This document shows, piece by piece, positions 10,601 through 22,600 of a DNA stretch of 64,000 nt. A program made the translations under genes and the position numbers. Every line of letters starts with the position of its first letter. Positions within the stretch are counted from its first letter, which is position 1. Under the pieces are notes generated by a model. The model saw only the letters and a program-made list of their open reading frames with translations, did not search any database and had not been told where the DNA came from. Source of the stretch: an uncultured virus (IMG/VR IMGVR_UViG_3300019287_000008) (Duplodnaviria > Heunggongvirae > Uroviricota > Caudoviricetes); the IMG/VR virus record IMGVR_UViG_3300019287_000008. The stretch is one strand, 5' to 3'.

Positions 10601-13600
10601 AGAACGGCTCATATACTGGCAGTCAGTTGACTTATGAGGGGCGCGACTTCGGCGACCTCAAAGAGATTGCCGATTACATTGACGGCGGTATGCAGGCAGA
10701 GCCGACCGAGGCGCAGAAAGCCGCAGGCAACTATAAGATGGAACACCGCCGTGTTGACGGATACAACATCAGCATAGAGAATGCCAAAGGCAGTGTGCGC
10801 CGTGGTACTGGAGCGGACGGCAAGCCGTGGGAAACTACCATGCAGAACGACTACGGATATATTCGTGGGACTGAGGGAGTGGACGGCGACCACATTGACG
10901 TGTTCCTTTCCGACACTCCCGAAGAGGGCGATGTGTTTGTCGTTGACCAAGTGAACGAGGACGGCTCGTTTGACGAGCATAAGGTTATGTACGGCTTCCC
11001 CACGGAGCAGGCCGCGCGTGACGCATACCTCTCCAACTATGAGCCGGGGTGGACCGGCCTCGGCGCGATTACCCACGTCAGCAAGGACGAGTTCAAGAAG
11101 TGGATTCAGTCGAGCAGACGTAAGACCAAACCCTTTGCCGAGTACAAGAGCGTCAAGCCTATTGTGGGCAATGACATGATTGGACGTTCACTCACCGAGC
11201 AGGAAGCAACGGAGTTGATTGCACGAATGGAAGCAACCGCCGAAGTCGCTCCCACAATTGAACTCACGCCCGAAAACTGGATTGCCCAGTTCGGAGAGGA
11301 CGGCACTGTTGAAACTCCCATAGGCATTGTCAAGATGGGTGCAAACCAGTTGCTGAAACTCTACTCTACCAAGCGTACTGGTTATTTCGGCATGATTCAT
11401 CCGACACTCAGCACTCCCGATGTAATCCTTGAGGAAGCAGACCCAAAGGAAGGCTCTGAACGTGATAGCAAATATCTTTTCATCAAGACGTTTGTAAAAT
11501 CGGACGGCACTCGCATAGTTCATTTTGAATCCGTGACCGTCAAGAAAGACGGCATGGAAGTGTCCATCAGCAGTCATGAGATAAAGGACAAGTCATTAAA
11601 GAACAAGATGCAGAACGATATTGTCCTGCACCTTGATGAAAAATTGTCTCCCAGTTCTGAAATGCGCTTAACCGAGGCTCCGAGTGAATCGGAGGGACCG
11701 GACCTTGTTCCTACGTCCGACAATGTTATATCTTCTGACCGCAAAGATAATACTTTGTCAGCAGATAAACAAGCGGAGAGCGCGGAAAGTTCTGAACCGT
11801 ACACCATTACGCCCACAACCTACACCAACAAGAAAGGCAAGACGAGCGATGTTCACCTTGTCAAGTTCAACCGCGAACTGACCGCCGAGGAAAAGGCGGC
11901 TCTTGACACCTTTGTGCGTGAGCCACTCGCAGAAGGTAAGAAAACCTCACGCGGTTGGTATGACCGCAAGCAGGGCGGTTATATGATGCGCAGTGAAGAA
12001 GCTGCACGTCAACTCGGTGAAATGCTTGGCAACGAGGAAGCGGTTGCAGACGTACAACCTATGACTGCCGAGGAACTCCGTGAGGCTGTCGGTGCGAGCC
12101 GCACACGCAATCCCAGGCCTAAGAAATCACCTATCAACCGCGTAAGCCTTGAAGATGTGATGACCGACCTGTCGACCAAAGGCGAAACCAAGTTGAGCGA
12201 CCATGCCGAGCCAGTCAAGGCAGAGCAGGAAGCACAGCACGAAATCTCCGATGATGAAATGCAGTGGTTGGCTAATGAGCTGCGCGAGTTGCTCGGCATC
12301 GGAGAGGATGAGGGAGACGCTGATATCAAATTCCGTGACCCCGGCGAACTCACACCGCAGGAGCGTCAGCGTATCCAGTCGGCAGGCATACGTCTTGCTA
12401 TGGGTCTTGTAGAGCGTGACACAACCTCTTTCCCCGACTATGCTACCAAGATGGTTGGATTGTTGGGCGACAAGATACGTCCGTGGCTCAAATCATTCTA
12501 CGAGGGCGCACGTTGGACACCCGGATACGAGAAATACGCCTTTACACCTACGGAGCAGGTAGCCGTCTTTGACGTGCAGAACTTCGACAAGAAGCAGGCA
12601 GACCCTATCGCGCAGGCTGCCATGATTGTTGAAGAGCGCAAAGCTGCCACCGCTTCGGAGCAGGCGCAGAAAGAACTTATTGAAACCCGAAACAAAAACC
12701 GAAGAGAAAATGACAAGCAGAGAGAAGCAGATACAGCAGCTCTTGCAGAAAAAGCAGAGGCTGTTGCAGGCGAAGCAGAAGTTACAGCGCAAAGCGCAGG
12801 AACTGGAGAAGCAGGACGCAAGCGCATCCTCCGCGACCTCAAACGAGTAGATGACACCCTTGACGAGGTCAACGACCAGTTGGCAATCCTCGGCTATTAT
12901 GAAGCCGAAGAGGTTGACAAGGATTTCAACGAAGCATACGGCTATATGCGCAATGCCGAGAAGAAAGCCGTCAAGGATGCAGTTGAACTCGCCAAACAAC
13001 TTGTGAACGACCTCGGCCTGGGACTTGACAAGGTGACAGGCTCAACAACCGCCAACCGTGGCAAGAGAAAGAACGCCGTTACCGCGAATATCGCGCCCGC
13101 AGGCGGTGACATATCCATTCGCCTGCCCCTCAATGAGGGCCGCGAACTCTACATTACTATCGGTCTTGACCCGTCAGTAACGCCGGGCGATGTGACATAC
13201 AGCGGAGATAACTTGCAAGCCACTCGCATCATGTACCGCGTTGAATGGCCCGATGAAAAAGGTCATGTGTCGTTTGACCGCATGGGGCGTAACTGTTGGG
13301 CTGATGCCAACGTGACCTATGCCGACCTGCTTAAAGGTATTCAGCGCGAGGCCAAAGAGTATCTTCCATCCTCAACTCCTGCCGAAGCCGAGGAAACCCA
13401 CAATGGCTACAAGATAGGCGATGAGGTCATGTGGGACCGTTACGGCAACGGCAATTGGGAGAAAGTCAAGATAGAAGATTTTGACACTGATGGTGGGCCT
13501 ATCTTTGAGGCTGTCAAGGGTGTCATGTCAGAAAAGGGAGACTGGAGCCGCGTCAAGCCTGCCGATGGAATCTTCGGCGAGGCAAAGCGTGTAGCAAGAG

Positions 13601-16600
13601 CCACACAGGAGAAGAAGCGAAGTTCTCGCAAAAAAGATGTAACTTTGAAGCCGGAACAACCTTTCGGAGATTTGTTCGGCGGCCTATTCGATAACACTCA
13701 AAGCTTAAGCAATCATGAAGAAACTGAAATGGGAACTCGCCCCGGAGAAGCCGGGAGACAACGACAGCAACTCAAGCAGGATACGCAGGTGGGAGGAGAT
13801 GAACCCCGGCGTGAAACTGAAAGACCTGCCGGAGAAGCAGGCAGTGGAAGCACTGGCATGGATTCTGATGCTGACCGAGCAGGAAGCAGAGGATTACATG
13901 ACGTGGCTACGCAGCCAGCCTTAGAACGTCTGCCCGAAAAGGAACGTAAGAACGTTCACAACAACCATGTAGAGCGCGGCACCGAAGTCGCACCCAAGAG
14001 CGAGAGCGCACGCATCAAAGCCAACATCGCCGCCATCGAAACGATGAAGAAACTTGAAGCGAGCGGTGAAGCACCAACAGCCGCCGACATGAAGAAACTT
14101 CGTGCATTCAGCGGTTGGGGCGGCCTCGGCAAGGCTTTCAGCGACTGGGATACAAGCCGACAGCTCAGGCAGCTTCTCGGCGATAAATTATATGATGAGG
14201 GCGCGGAAATGTCGCGCAACTCGGCATATTTTACCCCAGCTTACATTGTAGATGCAATGTGGGATATTGCGCGTGCAATGGGATTCAAGGGTGGTCGCGT
14301 TCTTGAAGGTTCAGCAGGTATCGGCAATGTCCTCGGTCTAATGCCACAAGACCTTAGTGAGCGTAGTTATATCCGCGCCGTTGAAAAAGACCCGACAACA
14401 GGCAAAATGCTCAGTCTGCTTTATCCCGATGCCGTTGTTGATATTGACGGCTTTGAGAAAGTCAAGATAGAGACTGGCACATACGACCTTGTCATAACCA
14501 ATGTTCCGTTTGTTCCCGGCTTGAAAGTCGCAGACACAAGCGGTGACGGCGACATCTCAAAAGAGTTCAAGACCTCTATCCACGATTTTTGTATTGCCAA
14601 GAACGTGCGCAAACTGCGTGACGGCGGTGTTGGCGTGTTCATCACCACAGCAGGCTCGATGGACGGCACAGGCCGTTTGCATAAATGGCTTAGCAACCGT
14701 GAGAACGCAGACATTGTTGGTATGTTCCGTATGCACAATGAGACATTCGGAGGCACTAATGCCACATCCGACATCATTGTTGTGCGCAAGCGTGTGAACG
14801 GCGTTAAGTCACCCAACGCCATAGATTGCTCACTCACGACAGGAGTGCGAACAGCCGAGTATGACACCGGCGAGAAAAAGAAAGTCAAGAATGTTGGCGA
14901 AGTGCCAATCATCAAAACGCTTTCCATGTCATACAATCGCTACTATGTTGAGCATCCCGAATACATGGCAGGCGAAATGCATTTCGGTTTTGAAAAAGGC
15001 GACACCAGTTTCAGACCCGAAAGCAAAGGTTTGTATCCGATTAAGGAGAAAGACCAGTCGCAACTATTGAGCCAGTGGGTTGAGGATATGAAGCAGAAGT
15101 TGGCTGACACCTCGGAAGAGCCTGCTCCCACGGTAATGAACCACCGCGATGAGTATGTTCCCACCTATGACAAGGTTGGCAATGAGGTAAAGACTGGAAC
15201 TGTTGTTGTAGATTCGCAGGGTCGTATCTGCGTCAACTATGACGGAACGGCTCGTCCACTCATGTCCAAACTTGACAATAAGAATCCTAAAAGTGCAGAT
15301 GAACGTATTGCACAGTTCAACAAGAACAAGGTTAAGGGTCGTAGTCGCGTACAGGTGGTACAAGATTACAATGCCATCAAGAAGGCCCTCAATGACTTGC
15401 TCGAATACCAAAAGACATCAGATTCCGATGAGGGGTTACAGCCGAAACTCAAAGCGTTGAACCGCGCCTTTGATTCCTTTGTGGCGACATACGGACACCT
15501 GCACGGCAATAACGGCCTGGCATGGCTGAAGAATGATGTTGACTATCCCTCCGTAATTGCCCTTGAAACATATCGCGAGGAAGGTCTTGAACACAAAAAA
15601 GTGTTTGGTAAGGCTGATATATTCAGCCGCCGTGTCGTTGTTCGCCCCGAACAGCCCAAGGCTACAAATGTCCGTGACGGAGTAACGCTCAGTATCCGTC
15701 AGACTGGCTCACTTGACACCCGATATATCGCAGAACAACTCGGCATGAGTGAAGCAGATGTTCGCCGTGAGGTAATTGAAGCCGGACTTGGTTATGAGAA
15801 CCCACTCACACATTCAATGGAAGCCGCGCACGAATACCTGTCGGGGAATGTGCGTGAGAAAATGCAACAGGCAGAGGTCAACAATGAGGACGGAAGATAC
15901 ACACCAAACATCACCGCCCTGCGTAAGGTTGTGCCTCACAACATCCCATCGCATTTCATTGAGTTCAGTATCGGCTCTTCGTGGTTGCGCCCTGAACTCT
16001 TTGAGCAGTATGTCAAAGAACGTACAGGCGCAAGTGTGAAACTTACCTATGCAGGTGGTATGTGGGCCATGGATAAGCCAAAATGGACTGGGGAGCAGGA
16101 CAAATCATTCGGCATCCGAAGTGAAATCTGCGATAAGATTATCACTGGTACGGAGTTGATAGAGGCCGCCATGACCAACCGCACAATCCGTGTGTCAAAA
16201 CAGCAGAAAGACGGCCCCACGATATCCGACCCTAAAGCTACATCTGCCTGCGCTGCCAAAGTAGATGAAATCCGCGATGACTTCAAATCGTGGCTGCGCT
16301 CTCGCATGGAATCTGCCCCCGAACTGGCAAAGGAAATTGAAGAGACCTACAACAACATCTTCAACAACTCTGCGCCAATGACTATCCCCGATGAGTATAT
16401 TCCAGAATACTTTGACGGAGCCGCGCGAGTTATCGGAGGGAAGCCTATCAAGATGCGCAAACATCAGTCTAAAGCCATTGTGAGAGGCACGATGCAGAGC
16501 CTTATGCTTGCTCATGAGGTTGGCACAGGTAAAACTTTTACCCTCATCACCACAGCAATGGAAATGCGCCGTCTTGGTACTGCCAAGAAGCCGATGATTG

Positions 16601-19600
16601 TAGTGCAGAACGCTACACTCGGTCAGTTTGTGGCAAGCGCGAAAGCACTCTACCCGGACGCACGCATTCTCAGTCTTGAAGATAAAGACCGCAATGCAGA
16701 AGGGCGTAAGGACTTCTATGCAAAGATACGTTACAACGACTGGGATATGGTTGTCATTCCCCAGTCTGTATTGGAGCGCATTCCCGACCACCCCGACCGT
16801 GAACGCCGATTCATCGAAGAATCCATCCAAGAAAAGATGGACGTTATAGAGGCTATGTCAAAAGACCGTGAGGCAGGACGCGCCGTTGCAGCTCTTAAAA
16901 AGGACGTTGAAAATCTGCGCGACCAGTTGAACAAACTCAGCGACACCGAGACAGCCGAGGGTGAAGTGACAGAGCGCGTAATGGTTACGTCCGGCTCAAA
17001 GCCGAAGAAAGACGGCAAGAGAGCCGCAATCGCAAAGGAGAATGCCAAGACTCGCGCGGAAGAGATGCTTAACCGCGCTACCGATGACACTCTCAACTTT
17101 GATGACCTCGGAGTGGACGCTATTCTTGTAGACGAGGCACACGAATACAAGCACCTCGGATTTGCCACTGCCATGCAACGCGGTGTCAAGGGTGTAGACC
17201 CGTCATATTCAAAAAAGTGTCAAGGTCTGTATCTCAAAGTAAAGGCGGTGCAGGAGAAGAGCGGAGGCAGAAATGTAATCTTCGCAACCGGTACTCCTAT
17301 CTCCAATACGGCTGCAGAGGTTTGGACGTTTATGCGTTACCTGCTCCCGCGTGAGGTCATGGAGGGCCATAACATTTGGCACTTCGATGATTTTGTGCGC
17401 AACTTCGGCAGCATCCAACAGATGCTTGAATTTACCACGCAGGGAACGTATAAAGAGAACAATCGTTTCGCAGGCTACTCAAACCTGCCCGAACTCGCAC
17501 GAATATGGGCAGGCATAACCGACACCGTTCTCACAGCTGAGGCAGGCGAGGTAAAAAGCCAAATCCCCGAACTGGAAGGAGGTCAGCCGACCGACCTTTA
17601 TTTGCCGCAGACCAATGGACTGCGAGCCGTTCTCAAATTCGTGAGAGCGCAACTCAAAGCCTATGATGAAATGAGTGGGCAGGAGAAAAAAGAGAATAGT
17701 CATATTCCGCTCGTCATGTATGGCATAGCCAAAGCAGCCGCCATTGACGCTCGGCTTGTCATGGCTAACGCCCCCGATGACCCACACAGCAAGACCAATG
17801 AAGCTGTGCGTCAGACTCTCCGCTCATTAGAGGACAGTAAGGCATACAATGGCACTGTCGCAATCTTTGCCGACAACTATCAGCGCAAGAATAAGGGAAC
17901 CGGGGCTGTCGAGTTCAATCTATTCGATGACATCCGTACCAAACTGATTGCGCAGGGTGTGCCTGCCGAGCAGGTTGTAATCATGCGTGACGGCATGACC
18001 GACAAGGCCAAAGAGAAAATCTTTGCAAAGGTCAATGCCGGAGAAATCCGCGTGATACTCGGCACAACACAGCGTCTTGGTGTAGGCGTGAACATACAGG
18101 AGCGTCTTCACACGCTGATGCACATTGATGCGCCTAACCGTCCTATGGACTACTGGCAGAGAATGGGTAGGCTCTTGCGTCAAGGCAATATGCACAAAGA
18201 AATGGGTATCCCCGTAAGGGTTATACGCTTTGGCGTTGAGGATAGTCTTGACGTGACCGCCTATCAGCGACTGAAAACCAAAGGTGCGATTGCAGACGCT
18301 ATCATGCACTCCAAGGATTTGCTTGCCAACAACCTTGAAAATCGAATACTGGAAGAAGAGGGAGATGAGTTCGGCAACATCACAGCAGAGTTGTCGGGCA
18401 GTCAATATGCCATGCTTCAGAACCAAACCGAGAAAGAGTTGCGCAAGTTGCAGGCAAAGCAAGATCAGCACAGACAGCATCAGATGTATATTCATCGCGC
18501 CGAGCCAAGACTTCGTGAACAGATTGAAAAGTTTGGCAATGACATTATGCGCAGTAATGAAATTCTCGCCTTACTTGAAAACAATCCCACGACAATCACA
18601 ATCAACGGCAAGACTTACCAGTCTCGTGAGGATATGCAGAAAGTCTTTGAGGCACACAACAAGGCTATGGCGGCAAAGAAGCAGAGTGTTCAGCAGGACG
18701 AACCTATTACTTCTACTCTGACATTTGACATAGGCAACGTCCATTTCACACTGACTACTCATGTAAGTCAGATAGCCGGGTATGGAGGTCAAGGTCCTTT
18801 GTCGTTCGATGTTGATGTGCAGCACGATGTGGTTTCCCATGACATAGATTACAAGCGTTCTTTCGGCGATATTCCGTTGAAGCGAATTATCAACGAACTT
18901 GTTGATAGCGTGACAAGTGGCAAGGAAGAGCGTTCCAATCGTGAGGCATGGGTCAACGCTAAAGAACGTAATGAAACAGACCTCGCAGCCCTGCTTAAAG
19001 ATAAGGGCAAGCCATTTGAACACGGCGAGCGCATCAAGGAACTGGAGCAGAAACTTGAAGAGTACACTATTGCCATGCAGGAGGAACTCAAAGAGAAAGA
19101 AGCCAAGTATGCCGAAATGGATGCCAACATTGAGGACGCAACGGACATCACGTTTACCTCCGAAGATGATGAGGACAGCGAGGACACCCCGACCAACGGA
19201 GACGGCAACAAGTACCGTGAAGATGATGATATAGATTATTCTACATTATCAGATTCCAACCCTATGGCGATGGAAGCACGAATATCGGAACTGTCTAAAA
19301 AGGTTCATACTCCAGTTCGCATTATCCGAAGCCTTGAAGAGTTAAACGAAATCACATCGCACAGGAAACGAAATGCCAAAGGCTGGTGGAGCGCGAAGGA
19401 CAATGAGGTTGTCATCGTGCTTCCCAATAATGTGAACGTAGCCGATGTTGACAATACGTTTGTTCATGAGGTTGCAGGACACAAGGGTCTGCGTGCCTTT
19501 ATCGGTGAGGAACGCTTTAATGAGTTCCTCGGCGAGGTGTACAACCATGCTTCCAATCCAATCCGTAAAGTCATAGACAAGAAAACGGACGATATGGTGA

Positions 19601-22600
19601 ATGCCGAGGCAGACCGTCTGCGAGTGCGCAAAGCACAGGCTCGTGAGCGTGCCGGAGAAGATGTCAACTCAAGTTACTATGCAGACATGGCTGAGGCCCG
19701 TGTTGAAGCCGAGGCCAAACGCGAGGAGTTCCGTAAGGAAGCCACTGAGGAATATATGTCAGAGCTCGGCGGTCGTATCGGCAGTGAGGGATTTGAGAAG
19801 ATGAGCCGCGATGAACTGACGCTTTGGGGCAAAATCAAGGCAAAGGTTCAGTCGTTCCTCGACAAATTCCTGCGCGGTCTGAAAATTGCCAAGAGCATAC
19901 GCCTCAACGACAAAGACCTGTCGTATATCCTTTACAAGTCGTGGAAGAATCTGCGAGATAAGCAGGGCAAAGGTGGTGTGTTCGCCGAAGCCGAGGACGT
20001 TGTAATGCGCAGACGGACCGGCTATGACGCAGATGATGTGACGCGATTCCGCGACCCCGGCCTGGGATTGGAAGAAACCATCACCAAGATGAAAGCCGAG
20101 GCATTGCAGGCCAACACCGACAACTTGCAGGCTAAACGTGACGCAATGCGTGCAATTGGCGGCAACCTCAATCATCTGCGTCAAGCAATGGCACGTCAGC
20201 GTGAATATGACATTACGACCGTCAAGAGCGTTGCAGACCTCGCCCGTATTCTCATGGACGCTAATCTGCTCGATGATTTGAGCAAATATGAAACCAAGCG
20301 CATACTTGGCGCAATCAATAATGTAGTCGGCAAACAGGATGTGAGCCGGTATGTTCAAAAGGTAATGGATATCATGGTTGATAATCAGCTACGCATGGGT
20401 GCTAACACTCTCGGCAGATTGTTGAGCATTCGTGGTAGCCATGTTGACGCACGCGGTATAGAGGTGCAGGGCGAACTTGACCCGGACGGACAGCGCATTG
20501 CGCAGGTGGTAAGGAAGGCAACCTCTCTGCCAAAAGATAACATTGACATTCGCATTGCCGAAGCCATCAACCGCATGAGCAGCACAGACCAAGCAATCGC
20601 CGATGATGCTACAATAGAGTATGCCGGACTGCAAATAGCACGCCAGTATGTTGAAGACATCACCGAAAGCAAAGCCGAGGAAAAGGCTCTGCGCGATTCC
20701 ATCAAGCAGGCAAAGGAAGATAAGGACGCCGGGCAGATGACCGAGGACGCCTACCGTCAGTATGTAGCCTCAACCGAGGACGCTATACGGCAGAACAAGA
20801 TAGAGCGTGCCGAAGCATTCCATTCCCTTGTCGAGCAGGTCGGCGGTGTGTTGAACGAAAGCGTTGAGCGTGCCAAGGCATGGCGCGAAGCCGAGAAACA
20901 GCGCGTTGAGGAAATCCACCACAACGCCAACTCCGACATGGAGGGCCGTCCGACTGATGAACATCACAAAGATGACCGCACGCAGAAACTCGTCAACAAC
21001 AGCGGTGTCCGCTTCCTGCTTGCTCCCCTTGCCACGTTCGATCAGATGTTGAGAATGTTCGGCAAAAAGAACACGCGAGGCGAGGGCTATCTGTGGAACC
21101 GTTATATGCGCGGTTGGGTCAGCGCGACTGAAAAGGAGTACACAGGCTATCGTGACGCTCTGAAAGTGCTTGACGCAAAAGTCAGCGAGATTTACGGCAA
21201 GGACATGAAATGGGGCGACCTGTTCAGCATTGACCGCAAACTCCCGAAAGCCTCGGTAAGGTTCTTTGACGGAGGCGAAATGAAAGACCACGAACTGACG
21301 CAGGGCAATCTGCTCTACATCTACATGGCTGACAAGATGAGTGACGGACGTATGAAGCTGCGCCGTATGGGTATTACCGAGGAAGATATTGAGGACATCA
21401 AGAACTTCCTTGACCCGAAATTCATTCAACTTGCGGACTGGATGCAGGAAGAGTTTCTTGTTGACAAGCGCAACGAGTACAACGAGGTTCATAAGCGTAT
21501 GTTCGGCGCGTCTATGGCCGCTATCGAGAACTACTTCCCCTTGAAGATACTCGCCAATGCAAGACTGGAGAATGTGGACGTGGCAGATGACACCACCGAT
21601 ACCGCCCTGCCTGCAACATCAACCGGCAGTATCATCAAGCGCAGGCGCAACAATCTCGCACTTGACGTGACCGGTGCCAATGCTTTCTCGGTAATCCTTG
21701 ACCACCTTCAGCAGATGGAAAGGTGGGCTGCATTCGCAGAGTTTAACCGCGACCTCAACACCCTGCTTTCATACAAGCGATTCCGCAACCAAGTGATGAA
21801 TATGAGCAGTGTGTATGGCGGTGGCAAGACGCTGTGGAATAACGTCCGCAATGTTTGCCGTATGGCCGCAGGGGCATACCGCCCACCGATTGCAGCTCTT
21901 GACAAATCGGCTGTCAATATCGCCAAAGGCGTAACAGCCGCCAAGGTAAGTTTCCGAGTGTTCACGGCATTAAAGCAGTTCCTTTCAATGCCTGCTTATA
22001 TCTCGGACAGCAACCCCATGTATCTGGCCGCCAACATCGCCAACCCGATAGGCGCGTGGAGATGGTCGATGAAGAACCTGCCGCTGTTTGAGAAGCGTTG
22101 GAGCAGCCGCATGGCAGGCGACCCCCGACTTCTTAAATCAGATATGGACTGGAAGATGTGGCGTAGCCGTATTGTTGAAATAGCTTCACGTGTCGGTATG
22201 TCGCCCAATGCCTTTGTTGACGCACTGACAGTCGCTATCGGCTCACACTCCATGTATCAGACCAAACTCGCCAAGTACAAGCGTCAGGGATATGCCCACG
22301 ATGTCGCAGAGGCAAGAGCGAAGCAGGACGCAACAATCCTCTTCAATCAGACCCAGCAGTCAAGCGAGGGCGCATTCCTCTCCACCATGCAGGTTGACCG
22401 CTCATGGCTGAGTGTGTTGTTTACCGTGTTCCGCAACTCCTCTATGTCATACACCCGCCAACTATATGACTCAATCCGCAATCTCGGTCACCGATTTACA
22501 CCCGGATACAAGGGTCTTTCGGAAGAGTTCATGGCGAAGCAGATGAGACGTGACGGCATTGACCCCGACAAGGCAGACCGCAACGCCAAGCAGGAATACC

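Noticed and set aside
12626..12850. Q/K/L-rich coiled-coil-like ORF in the +1 frame of the giant gene
   Set aside because: Explained by GCA/GAA-rich codons of an Ala/Glu helix in the main frame.
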